Numbered from the stretch's first letter, positions 1 to 12,684 are shown. The stretch: 64,000 bases of DNA from Amoebidium appalachense (GCA_963693365.1 CAVNZM010000004.1:1485449-1549448); one strand, 5' to 3'. The notes: generated by a model from the letters alone, not told the origin. A program made the numbers and translations.

Positions 1-107
1 ACTTTCTGAAGTCGGCCAAGTAGAGGTGGATCTAAGCCTGTGAATCCAAGGACCATTTGTAAAAATACTTGTATTACTGACATTCTCTCAGTCATTCTTC
101 CTTTCCT

Positions 108-141
<34 letters not shown>

Positions 142-223
142 GGCCGTATGCTTAGAGCTAGGGTGGAGGGTGGGTGGGTGGGGGGGGTGGGTGGGTGGTG
201 GTGGTGGTGGTGGTGGTGGTGGT

Positions 224-270
<47 letters not shown>

Positions 271-393
271 TAAAGCAAGTGCAACAAACACCCAACGAAA
301 AAACAAACACAGAACATAAAATGACGCAAGAGACGAATAAACAGGAAGCGCATCAGTTTTTTCATCATTGGGGGCATGAGGGGAGGGGGTCAC

Positions 394-930
394 CTGTTCA
401 TGTTTGCCAGCTCAACATTATCATAGTCGAACAGTATCAGCTTGCCGATACCACACCGTGTGAGCATTTCGGCTGCAACACTGCCAACACCCCCAACCCC
501 AACAATGGCCACCGTGTACTGCCGGATACTCTGTGTGTGCCTTACGTAAGTGTGTGCCTTACGTAAGTGTGTGCAGGGATGGGTGCTCGTGGTGCAGGAC
601 AAAGCGTGGTGACATGATGGTAGTGAGATTGTGTGTGCGTGTGTGTGTGTGTGCGTGTATGAGTACGTGTGCGCAGATGCGTGTGAGGTGGTGGTGGGGG
701 GGGGTGGGGGCAGGGGGGGGGGGGAGTACGATTCGTTACCAAGTACGAAGTATACATTCTCGACGGCACCACAATGCAATTTCTGCACACCACACAAATG
801 GTGTACATCGGGCCGCCGCGGGGGGAGGGGGGGGGGGGGGGAGCGAAGGGTGTGGGGGGGGGGGGGGGGGGGGGGGTGCTCACCTCGTAGTCTTTCACTA
901 TTCCCATGCGCTTGAGAGCCATTAGCCGAC

Positions 931-993
<63 letters not shown>

Positions 994-1019
994 CTGTTTC
1001 TTTTTTGTTTTTTCCTTTT

Positions 1020-1061
<42 letters not shown>

Positions 1062-1233
1062 AGGGGGGAGGAATAAGTACAAATAGGTCTGGCGCTGCAG
1101 CGGCATATATCCCACATCTATCATCCTCCTCCCCTCCCTCCCCCCCCCCCCCCCTCCCCCTCTCCTCCCCTTCCCCTCTCATACAAACAGCCGCAGGCCA
1201 CCTGATGCGACTCTCAAGCGCCTCATCCCTTCA

Positions 1234-1276
<43 letters not shown>

Positions 1277-2443
1277 AAAAAAAAGAAAAAAGATACTCCA
1301 TGCTTAACCCCCTTTCCCATAACTCCCCTCCCCCAAACCTTCCCCTTGCCCTCCCCTTCCAACCCCCGACTTCCCCCCCCCAAAAATATTAATAATAAAA
1401 AAAAAAAATAATGAAATAAAATCTATAAACCCTAACCTTTTTTCCCTTATCCACCCTTTCCTCCCTCCAAATAACACATCCTTTTGATTCTTCCACGCCA
1501 ACACCAAGCCACAACCCTCGTGTGTTCTCACTCCTACCCACCAACCCAGATATAAAGTTGCAAAAAAACCCTTTGCCCCTCGCTCTGTTCGCTCACTCCC
1601 CCATTCCAACAGCTCTCAACCTCTCACAAGTCTTCCTAGTCACCTACCTTCCTGTCCCCCCCCCCCCCCCCCCCTTCCCCCCCCCCCAAAAAAAAAAAAA
1701 TAAAAAAAATAAAATAAAAGAAAGAAAAAAATAACCATCACCACCACCAGACACACACCACACCACCATCACCATCAGTCCCTCACCCTCCCCCTGCCTC
1801 CCCTTCCCCACCCCTGCTCCAAGCCCTCCCCCGGGCCTCTCCCCTCCCCCTGGGGACCAACCGCCAGCAATTTACAAACAAACTATCGATGCATTCCTCC
1901 CTGCCCATAATTAGTTTGCCCATTCCTTCTCCAACAGCTCACCTCCCCTTTCCTTCTCCACAAATAGGTGTGTTCATCCTAATCCTTCCCACCTCTATTC
2001 TCGCTGCAGCTCTACAGACGTCTATCTGTGTAACAATAAACGGGCAGTCCCGTCCCCTTCCGGAACCTTATCATGAATCCACCAGCCACCGACACTTCCT
2101 TTTACGTTTCCCCCGGACCTTTGTTGTCAAGGATCCCAAGGGAACTCGCGGGGTGGGTGGGAGTTGGAGGCGGGGGAGGGGGGAGGGAGGGGAGGGGGAG
2201 GGGGGGGGGGGGTGTTGTCAAGGATCCCAAGGGAACCTGCGGAGGAGGGTGGGTGGGGAGGGGGTGGGGGGGGGGGGGGGGGGTTGCATGCCTGTATGGA
2301 TTTGTAGCAACCACCTCAGCGCTCATGTTTTCCACCTTTGGCCGTGCTGGTGCCTGTGACTCACTCAGAGACTGGCGCAGCTGCCTTACCTCCTCCTCCA
2401 GCTCCAACACCCTCCGTGTGGCAACCTCTAGTGCGTCTGCCAT
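394..2443 (-). CDS. UBA5: UFM1-activating enzyme UBA5, first three exons (2292-2443, 884-929, 394-530); gene continues left of the window
   Basis: Spliced translation [19 protein letters not shown]...[77 protein letters not shown] matches the UBA5 signature. Intron phases are consistent; intron 1 needs a GC donor. Confidence 0.93.
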
Positions 2444-2876
2444 GGTGCCGGCTCTAAAAAAGCTACTGTGTTGTTATGATGGCTTGGAAAAGTAGTGGAT
2501 CTTTCGAACTACATCTCTCAGATACTCCTGAAGCTTCTCTAGACAGTATTGCAGCGTGAGATATATCGTGTTACATCACCAGTAAGAGTTGTACCAGTGG
2601 CTTCAACACGGTTCCAAAGGTTGGTTTTTGTACCTAGAGAACAGGAAGGTTGTTGGAGCGAGTCGAAGACAATACCGTGATAATGAAGTGCCTTAGATAG
2701 TATAGGACTTTAGAAGCCGGCTTGGAAGCTGGTACCAAAACCGAGTGAGCGAGTGAGGGAGGGAGGGAGGGAGGGAGGGAGGGAGGGAGGGAGGGAGGGA
2801 GGGAGGAAGAGGGAGGGAGGGAGGAAGGGGAGAGGAGGGAGGGAGGGAGACCCCCGGGGGGAGGGGGGGGGGGGAG

Positions 2877-2916
<40 letters not shown>

Positions 2917-3039
2917 GGAGGGGAGGAACTAAAAAAAACTCTTAAACTACGTAGAAGACCGTGTAGCCCTGGGGAAGGAAAACGAGCCCGCTTGGGAATT
3001 TCGGAAAGCCCAGAAGAAACATCCGAAACGGAGCCGAAA

Positions 3040-3130
3040 GGAAAGGAAGATTCTTTGGTGTCGGCCGAGCCAATAGGAAACGCGTACGATTGAGGCGCTC
3101 CAATCGCACATAAAGATCTCCTTGAGGAGG
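3040..3130. promoter_or_regulatory. Putative divergent promoter between UBA5 and the desaturase, with CCAAT boxes
   Basis: AGCCAATAG at ~3068 and CTCCAATCG at ~3098 lie between two head-to-head genes. Confidence 0.35.
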
Positions 3131-3862
3131 GATTTAAGATTACCTCTCATCGTTCCCAATTTGCGATAAGTGGCAACGGTGCCAGTGCAGCAGCCAGTGC
3201 CACTGGTCCACACTTGATTACTTTTTGTGCTGCTTTTTAATATTGCACTCTCTGAATTCGATAAATGGGCTTCTGGCTCTAAAAAGGCACCCTTATATTT
3301 ATTCTAGTTTAGCAATTACTGTTGTGTCACATCAGGAGACAATAAAGTTTACTAAACTTTACTTATGAATTGATAATTGATCGTGAACTGAACAGCTTTT
3401 GCAAAGATTGCCCTTTTTTTTAAGATTGACCCCCTGATCTCCTCTTCTAGGAGGAAACATGCCACCATCATGTGCATCTGCCCTTTTTTTTCACAGCAGC
3501 TGCAGAGATTGATAGTTGGTGGTGTGGGTTGGTTGTAGGGGGGGAGATGCTTTTCGTTGTCGCGCTCTTGTTTTAGATTCGCTCTATAGCGCCAGACCTA
3601 GCTGTTTAATTACTGTGGGTTGGAAATAGTTGTTGGTTGCTGATTTGAGGGGAGAAACTTGTAACGGTGGCGTTATTTCTAAACAGAGTGAAAACCGCAT
3701 CCCATATAGTAAGCTGGAGATTATCGATAGTAAAACGACAGAACGAGCGTCAAAAGTATAAAGCAAACATTAACTACCCCTATCCAGCTCATTTCATTGA
3801 TGGGAAAAAAATACTCATACATACGGCAACGCCATAACGGTGACGTGTTGAGCAGTTGAAAT

Positions 3863-5038
3863 ATGGCGCCGAACAGTGAGAAACGCGCCCTTATGGCAGA
3901 ACCCATACCAGCGGACCCCATCCCACCCAAACATGCACCAGTTCAGCATGCTTCGTGGCAAATTCAATTGGCACGCGTCATAGGCCTTCGCTACGTTGAA
4001 GATCTTCGGACACTTTTGTGGATTGCCCTTTATTTCGTTGAGTTTTGGTTCATGTGGAACTTTGGTGAGTTCCTTTCCTGGCCTGTTTGGCTGGCTGCAA
4101 TGGTCATCATTTCTACGTTTTCTTTTTCGGGAGCTACCATCACACACAACACGATGCACTGCCACATGTTCGACCCACATGAGCATCACCTGCGCAACCG
4201 CTTCGTCCACTATGCCCTTACTCTGACATATGGCCATCCCGTAACGGCGTTCATTCCCGGCCACAACCTAAGCCACCACAAACACACACAGCTTAGGAAG
4301 GACCATATGAGAACGAGCAAACTCCGCTACCGGTGGCATCTCTTGAACCTCATCCTTTACCAGCCATCTGTCGCCATGTCTGTGCTAAAGGGAGACCTCG
4401 AGTACGCCCTCTTGCAGCGCGACTTGGGTCGCCAGTTTTTCAGCAACCTTATGAGCGAATTTGGTTTCTTGTTCGGTGTAACGGCTGCCCTACTCATTCT
4501 AAGTGTCAAGAAGTTCACTCTTTACTTTCAAATTCCACATCTTTTTGCCCAGTGGGCAATTGTTTCCATCAACCTCCTCCAACACGACGGGTGTGACATC
4601 CACGAGGACTGCAACCAGCACGGGAACATCACGCGTAATTTCGTCGGGGGTTTTATTAACTACATGTTTTTCAACAACGGATACCACGGGATCCATCATA
4701 TCCACCCCATTATGCACTGGTCCAAGTTGGCTGAAGCGCATGAGAGAGAAGTGAAACCCACTCTTCATCCGGCGCTTGATCAGGAGAACATGGGAACATA
4801 TTTGTTCAAGACTTTCATCTATCCCGGCAAGCGTGTAACATACGAAGGAAAGCCGCTAGTTTTTACGATTCCGGAGGAAGAGGATAAGGATGCGGTGTGG
4901 ATTGTATACCCGAAGCATCTCAAAAGGGAGGATTTGACCCTCGAGGCACAGGTACAAAAGGCACTTGCTGTGATTAGCCTGCTGGCGGCAAAGATGATTT
5001 CACCCATGTATTCACCAATAGTGTCTATTGATGACTAG
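3863..5038 (+). CDS. Membrane-bound fatty acid desaturase family protein, 391 aa, intronless, no cytochrome b5 fusion
   Basis: Three His boxes (HNTMH, HNLSHH, NNGYHGIHH) with intervening hydrophobic TM segments. Confidence 0.88.
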   Translation: MAPNSEKRALMAEPIPADPIPPKHAPVQHASWQIQLARVIGLRYVEDLRTLLWIALYFVEFWFMWNFGEFLSWPVWLAAMVIISTFSFSGATITHNTMHCHMFDPHEHHLRNRFVHYALTLTYGHPVTAFIPGHNLSHHKHTQLRKDHMRTSKLRYRWHLLNLILYQPSVAMSVLKGDLEYALLQRDLGRQFFSNLMSEFGFLFGVTAALLILSVKKFTLYFQIPHLFAQWAIVSINLLQHDGCDIHEDCNQHGNITRNFVGGFINYMFFNNGYHGIHHIHPIMHWSKLAEAHEREVKPTLHPALDQENMGTYLFKTFIYPGKRVTYEGKPLVFTIPEEEDKDAVWIVYPKHLKREDLTLEAQVQKALAVISLLAAKMISPMYSPIVSIDD

Positions 5039-5824
5039 GGGCTTTGGGGGGGGGGGGGGGGGGGGGAGTGAGAGTGAGAGTGAGAGTTTGGCGGGGGGGG
5101 GGGGGGGGGGAAGAGGGCTGTTGGTGATAGTTGGAGTGTTGCGTTGGTGAGGGAGGGAGAAGGAGGCTGGGCACAGAGGTTGTGTGTTATTGGAAGACAT
5201 GTGCTTTGGCCTTTTGAATAACACCCTGTTCAAACACCTCTGTCTTGGGATTAGTTATATCGGAAGAAAATCCTGCAGGCTACATATGCTTTCGGAATTT
5301 GGAGCGAGGAGGAATACCAAAGCAGAGAGGGGAGAAGGGGGGGGGGGGGGGGGGGGGGGGGGGGGAAGAAACAGTTTTTCTTCACTGGGTTCCTTTGGTT
5401 TGATTTCTGTCTTTTTCTCCTGACTCTTCACAGTACTAGCCTTACATACGCAAAAGGTTCTGTATACATCTTCCCTGTATACAGCGTTTTGGATTTTTAT
5501 GTTATTGTTCCAACTATTAAACTAATGTTTGTGTGAAGCAATACCAAACGTCTTCAAATTTCGATTTTTGTAAACAAGGCTTTGGCCATTGTTCTATATC
5601 TGTGCAGACATATGAGTGAACAGGCTCATAGAGTAACTATCGGAGCTATTTTTGGATAATATATCATGAGCATAACTTGGAATACTACAAAAATATGGTG
5701 TGGCGTGCCTGAGGTCAGCCATTAATACAAATTTGAACTATAAATCTCAAACCCATATGCTATACACGTACGCGTGTTGGCTATTGTAGTTTTTTTCAAG
5801 TCATGAACCGCCCCCTCTCCGCGC

Positions 5825-6660
5825 CCTTGCATGTGTTCTGCACACAGTGTTTTTCATCGTGTAATTGTCCTTCGTACACGGTCCGTGCTCTCCCGGGCCA
5901 CTCAACCCCCCCCCCCCCCCCCCCCCCCCCTCCCGTGCCCACCGATATCCGTGTTTGTATGTGTCCTCGGTGACCGTGTTTTTCATCGTGTAGTGGTACT
6001 TGGCAGCAAGTGGTACCGTATTCCGCAGTAACCCCCCCCCCCCCCCCACCTCCCACTCCACCCCACCCCACCCACCCACTTACCACCACGGTAACCACCA
6101 CCGCCAACACAACCACCACCACAACTTGTCACCACCACCACGCATCCGCCAAATTGCATGTGTCCTGCGCATGCACCGTGTTTTTCATGATCATCATGTA
6201 GTTGTACTTAGTACCGTGCTCTGCAGTGATTTACCCTCCCATTCCCGCCCTTTTTTTTCGGGGACCCCCCTCCCCCCCCTCCCCCCCCCCCCCCCGGGCT
6301 AAGGGGTCGAAACTCAGACGCAATTGATGACTTGGGCCCTCCCTGAGGATGGGCTCTGCTTATGACGCATACTGTGCGCATGGCTGATGCTGCATACTTG
6401 AATGTTTGCCTTTGCATGTGTCCTGCACCATGCTTCTCATCGTGTATGCGTACTTCGTACTGTGTTCCGCATTCAAAACCCCCCCCCCCCCCCCCCCCCC
6501 GCCCCCTTCCCCCGGCCACGGAACCCCAACAACCACCACCGCCGGCAAGCTGCCACCACCACCACCACCGGTACACACACCTGCATTTGCATGTGTCCCG
6601 TGCACCCCGTGTTTTTCATGTGTGGTGGTACTTGGTCGTAACTACACAGTATTGCCATGA
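5825..6660 (-). repeat. Array of five degenerate ~65-bp units separated by G/GGT-rich spacers
   Basis: Minus-strand consensus ~GGAAYACGGTACGAAGTACNACTACACGATGAAAAACACGGTGCAGGACACATGCAA, with copies near 5825-5892, 5955-6028, 6151-6225, 6410-6472 and 6585-6655. Confidence 0.75.
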
Positions 6661-7282
6661 TACGGTAACCAGCTTGTGACGAGCCCGGCGCAATCCCCCC
6701 AACCCCCACCCCCTCCCCTCCCGGCCCCCTTAGGAATTCCGCCATGTTTTTGATTAAAAATTTTCCCCCTCGGATATAGTCTTTGTGGGTACTAATAAGT
6801 ACTGTGATATAGTGTAGGTGCTTGCTTGTCTTTAGTAATTATCAGCCATGGCTCGCTGCCCTGCGCACGTGGCCATGGCCGAACCAACCGTATCGATATT
6901 TCGTTTTTGGCCCACAGACTGGAACCCAGTGGCTAGAGATACATTATCCCAAAGAGGATTCGGATCCCTCTAGGTGACTGTGCGCGTGTACGTTGTGACT
7001 GTGTGGGTGCACGTGGGTGGGCTCCAGGTAAAGCCGCGGCGAAAGGGGGGAGGTCACACTGCATGCACGACGAACATTCAAGCTGTCAAGCTTGGGTAGG
7101 ACGGGTGGGAAGGGTGGTTCAAGTGCGGGACACTGACTAATATGAAGTAGAACTCGACGATCAAAAACACGGTGCAGGACACATCCAAAGGAAAACATTC
7201 AAGTACACATGCAACATCAGCAACACACACCGTTACCGTGCGCAACATAACTTCAGAAACAGAAGATGGTTTCTCCTAATGT

Positions 7283-7330
<48 letters not shown>

Positions 7331-7775
7331 TGTTGTTCCAAATCACATGAACTCACACGATACACCGAGTGGTACACATTAAAAGCGTAGGAAGATAACG
7401 GAGAGCATGGTTTAGTCAACCTTTGCACCCCAAAACGAACCCATCGTGCACACACCCGCACGTGTGTATATACACACGAACTGCGCACTTATTGCAAAGG
7501 CACACACGCCCAGGGCGGGGCGGGGCGGGGGCGGGGCGGGGCGCGGGGGGTGGGGGGGGGGGGAGGGGAGGGGGGAAGGGGGAGGAGGAACAAAAACCCA
7601 AAGCCTCTCGACACGTTCCGGAACAGAGGACCCCATCAAGGTGACCACACCGTTTATTCCCCCCAACCGCACCCGCGGCTCCTTAACTATTACATCACAG
7701 CCGGGCCAGCCGGCCGCCCCAACCAAGCGTTTTCATTGGCTGTTGGCGGTGCCGTGCCGTGCTGCCATTGGCTGC

Positions 7776-9148
7776 TTAGTGCTTGGCGGCACCGAGGGCA
7801 GCAGTGAGCGCGCGGTAGACCTCAAAGCCGATATCTGCCTCCGCCTGTGTGTGTGTGTATGTATGTGTGTGTGTGTGTGTGTGTGATGAAAGCAGGGTGA
7901 GGGAGAGACTGGACGGGGGTGGTTGTAGTAGTTTTGGGCGGATGGGAGGGCAGCAAGCAAGAGGGGGGGGGGGGGGGGGGGGGGGGGGGGTGAGAGTTAG
8001 AATCAGCACGCCCAGCTCTCAGGTCTCAACAACATTCAGTTCCTGAACTCACAAGAACCTTATGACATGCGTGACTGCTACCAAACCCCACAGACACAGC
8101 AAGCAACAGTTAGGTGACATGCAGCAACACAAACACACAGAGCACTCAAAACCATCCGTGGGGATGGGGTGGGTCAGTGGGTGGTGTGTGTGGGGGGAGA
8201 GGGGGAGGTTTTTTTTTTTTTTTTTTTTTTTGTTTTGGGGGGGGGGGGGGGGGGGGGAGGAAGTTGGCAGAAATGTGCACAGAGCACACAGTCAGAATAT
8301 ACGTAAGAACAGCCCATGCTGGGGTCACCATACCTTCTCCACATCTGTTTTTGCCGACGCCTGCTTCTTGGTCCACTCATCCAGACCAGCAGATGCCTTC
8401 TGCTCACACATACCCTTCTTGTTAGAAACTGAAAAAACCCTATTCAAAACCCTCCTCCCTCCCTCTGCCGACTGAAAACCGCACATGCACAACACCAGTA
8501 TCAAGAATTTCCCACACAAGACTGAAAACCGCACATGCACAACACCAGTATCAAGAATTTCCCACACAACACGGCACATCCCCCCCCCCCCCCCCCAAAA
8601 AAAAAATACACACACACTAAAACACACTATCACTACCACCACACACACACATCCCATCCCACCACACATATGCCAACATTCAGTCTCCCCTGAAATACCA
8701 AACAACTCAGGTTCCACTTCCTTCCTTCCATGCCTCTCTCCCCTGAGCCCACAAATTTACCCTCCCTGCCCTCCAATTAATTTTCCGGGCCACTACTCCA
8801 AAATTATTGTATCCTCCCTGCCCCCTTCCCCTGCCACACACCCACTCACTAACACAAAGACATCATGCAACATCTTTACTTTGTGTAGCATTCTCCCTCT
8901 CTCCCTTGAATATACGCCCCAGCACATGACTCCTACTCCCCCCCCCCCCCCCCCCCCCCCCTCCACACACACACACACGGTCCCAAGACAACTCAACCAA
9001 CCCAGTCATAAAAAAATTAGGGGCCCACGAAATGCCAACACCGTGTGTGTGCCCATCTTGAACACCGCATTCAAGCACATAGACCTAACCACAATACGTA
9101 AAGGCACCCCCAGCTACGCCCCATGCTTGGGGCAGAGTAGGCAACATC

Positions 9149-9196
<48 letters not shown>

Positions 9197-11343
9197 GTGT
9201 GTGCATGCGTGTCTTAAAGTAAGGATAGGGGGAAGGGAGAAGGCATAGAAAGTGGTATTCAGCACAAAGTGCACATTCACAACGAATAAGGCAAACCGTG
9301 CATCTGTTTGTGTGTGTGTGTGTGCGCGCGCGCGTGTGTGCATGCGTGCACATGCGTCTCTGTTGTGTGCATGCATGCATGCATGACTGACTGTGTGTAA
9401 ACGTTGGAGTGCGGATGCGGAAAGGGAGAGGGGTGCATGTGGTGTACAGCACGAAGCACCCATTCACAACTTATCATGTGGAAAACCCTCACACAAGATT
9501 AAACACATGTAGAGCTCGTGCCCAGGAATGGCACAAGCCATCCAGGAAGTTCAATCCCATCACCTCCACCATGAAACCCTACTCAGACACCAGGCCATTG
9601 AATGTGTGTGTGTGTGTGAGGGGGGGGGGGGGGGGGGAGGGGGGGAGGGGGGAGGGGGGAGGGGGATGACGTACGGAGACATCGAAGTCTGTGAGGGGGG
9701 CAGCCTCCTCAGCCACAACCTGCACGGTGGCATCGTCGTTGATGGTCACAGTGCCGCTGCTCACTGTGTGCACACGTCAGAAATATGTTCACTGTGTGCA
9801 CATGTTAAACGGAAGTATGCTCACTATGTGCACACGTCAGAAATGTTATATGCTCACCGTGTGCACATCTTCGAACGGAAGTATGCTCACTACATGCAAA
9901 CGTTAAAATGTGCTCACTGTGTGCACACTAAAAAATGTGCTCCCTGTGTGCACACGTCAGAAGAGAACATGCACATCCCATGCCCTACGTGTATAATTAA
10001 GAGAACACAGAAAGATCCCGGCCATCCCCCCTCCCTCCGGCGTTCACCTTATCCCATTTCACGCAACACCGCATCGTTGAATATAACTGACGACTTGTAA
10101 CGTAGCTGACTCTGAAAGTGTGAGAAACACAGCAGAGAGCGCCTCCCAGAACACAAAAGAACGAGATGGCCAAGTGTATCACATGAACCCCCCCCCCCCC
10201 CCCAACACTATTCTGCCATTCTTGACTTAACAACCCCCCTCCCCTCACTCTCTCTCTCTCTTTCTCCCCAGTCACTCCGGCCCCCCCTCCCATAAGCAAC
10301 CAACACACACCCACACACCCTCAACCACACATATTTCGTTAACGGTATATATACACACATGCACCGACACACCCCACACACATACACCCACCGACACACA
10401 CACACACACACGTACCGAAGAACTCCTTGGCGGCGCCGCCAGCAGCCTCTGTGACGGAGACGACGCCGGGCCTGAGGACGGCCAGGGTGGGCACGTGGTT
10501 GGCAAGAATACCCATCTCACCATCGCTGGCCGGCACGTTCACCTGGAACACATTGGCGTTGTTGTAGAACGTCTGCAAGGGGGAAAAAAAAGCATAAGTG
10601 CTATGCGAGTTAAAGCATACAATGAAACTATCGGCATAATAGCCCACTGGTACCCTACCTTCCCCCCCCCCTCCCCCCCTCCCCACACACACACCTCCCC
10701 CCTTTTTTCCCCTTTACCATTGCCCACCCCGCTATCATAGCATGGTTATTCCCTTACAGGATTCTTAGATTCTCTCGTGCAATAAGTACCAAACGGAAAT
10801 ATGGTCCCTGTAATAACCCTCCCCCAGCACTTCCCCCATGCACACTCCCTCCAAACTATGTGTATTGGTGGTGAAAGGGTCTACAAAAAGCAGCCTTAGG
10901 CAAACGGACACAACATAGTGGAAGCAATGAGTAAACATGGTAACTGCACCAAAAGCCACATGTGGAGTGCACAAAGTAGACGGCTAGACCACCCTCGTGT
11001 TTGTTACTCGTCGCACACTCGTCTTGTTATGACAACAATCTGCTAGTGCTTGTCCCATAAATGCTGTCTACCTCCCAAAAACTGATGCAAGCAAAGCAAC
11101 GATTCTAAAAAAAAAAACTAACCAAGCAGTCGGCCATTAGCCCCTCACAACCCACAATCTCTACACACATCTTGTCCTCTTACATTCACCAATGCATGAT
11201 TCTATGAGATTAGTCCAAAAAACATTGAGCACCTGTGCGGACGAAGCGAAAGTCAGCTTCACGGCGCCCTCTGCAGCAGTGGCGTACTGGCGGGCGGCAA
11301 GCCGGAGGCCAGAGCTGAGTGAGACCGACCGAAGGGCATACAT
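7776..11343 (-). CDS. ATP5F1D: Mitochondrial ATP synthase F1 subunit delta, 163 aa; exons 11233-11343, 10416-10572, 9675-9763, 8334-8399, 7776-7844
   Basis: Transit peptide MYALRSVSLSSGLRLAARQYA followed by QVNVPASDGEMGILANHVPTLAVLRPGVVSV, FFVSSGTVTINDD and AEADIGFEVYRAL. All introns are GT-AG with matching phases; exons sum to 492 nt. Confidence 0.93.
8471..8569. repeat. 50-bp tandem duplication in an ATP synthase delta intron
   Basis: ACTGAAAACCGCACATGCACAACACCAGTATCAAGAATTTCCCACACAA occurs twice. Confidence 0.85.
9758..9962 (-). repeat. Degenerate ~28-bp minisatellite (~7 units) built from the exon 3 splice acceptor
   Basis: Repeated GCTCACTGTGTGCACACGTCAGAAAT-like units on +, equal to CTGACGTGTGCACACAG|TGAGC on the sense strand. 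Confidence 0.75.
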
Positions 11344-12684
11344 GTTGCTGACTGTGTGTGTGTGTGTGTGTGTGCGCGCGCATGTGTGTGTGTTGTGATG
11401 TATGACGTGCATACGTGAATACATGCGTGTAGATGCTTAGGCGATTGTGTTTACAGTGTGTACCCCCATAAAAGTGGGCACGTGTATGTACGTGTGTGTG
11501 TGTGCATTGATGTGTGAAAGGGAAAAGGTTTAACGAGCCAGTGTCAGCAAGCACACCTCTGAAGGTCCACTTTTCCCTGCTCCACACGGCCTCCCTTCCC
11601 ATCCTCTGCCATTGCTCCAACAACACCAAATCCACACCAGCTGTGCCATCTTCCCCCCCCTCCGTCACAGAACCAAACCAAGCTGTCTGTCTCGTACGAA
11701 TTTTTGTCAGGTCCCCTCTCTCCTCTGGAGACTGCAGAACGAACCAAGTGTACAAGCCCAACCCGCATACATCTCGCCACTGCAACCCCTAAACTTTTTC
11801 TGCTGGGCATTCGGGTGTTATAACAAAGGATGGATGTGCAAGTAATGATGACTCTCTCGCCTGCACAAGTGGAGTGACACTTGCTTTCCCCCCGTGCAGC
11901 CTAGTAGCCAGACACCAGAAACCCATCTGCATCTTGCGTTTAAAAAATTCTGGTAGACGCTGCTTTGAACGGTGCTTTGTATAAACCGACAATAACGCAA
12001 TGCGTTCGTTTCGTGCTCTCTCTAAAAGCCAGGGTCGACCTACTCCACCTCTCCTATCTATCCACTGACAGTATAATGATGATCAACACGTCGAAATGAG
12101 TGCTTGTAGCTCCCCTCACTTTTTCATAAATTCTACATATGGTAATCAATCCGCCTTTTCTTCGTTTCGTGCTGGGTGTAAAAAGCAGCAACATGCACCT
12201 TTTTCCAGCGAGGGAGCGAGCCGATACTTTCTTTGTATGCAGCCGTGTGTCAGGGCGGTCTGAAACATGCTTGAGGGCGTGGTCGCCCAAAAAAGATCAG
12301 GCGTGCCAGTCCAGGGCCGGGCCGCAGCCGGCCCGACTCGATTGGCAGGAAACCAAATCGACCCGATCGAGCGAGAGCACGGCCGTCTCGAAAATTCTAT
12401 TTTAAGCTTTCTATTTGTAGTATAGTAACACCCTTATACCCTAGCCTTACATTTTGGTAGTACTATCAATACGTTTTACTGTTTATGTTACGTTTTTACT
12501 GTTTATGTTACGGGCTAGCCAGCACACATCGATTCAGTCGCACACATCGATTCAGTCGCACACATCGATTCAGTCGCACACATCGATTCAAATGTCGCTT
12601 TTTATTATCTGCTAATAAATAGTATCCTTCGCGCATCCACCCCTAAACCAGGCCATCCGTGGCCCTAAGGGCCCCATCCATGTC

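Noticed and set aside
1-40. Next UBA5 exon after the CACAG at ~40 (minus)
   Set aside because: Translates to LRSTSTWP rather than the expected LFF.P.Q.G motif
5825-6660. CRISPR array
   Set aside because: Units are degenerate and ~65 bp, spacers are low-complexity and irregular, there are no cas genes and the context is eukaryotic
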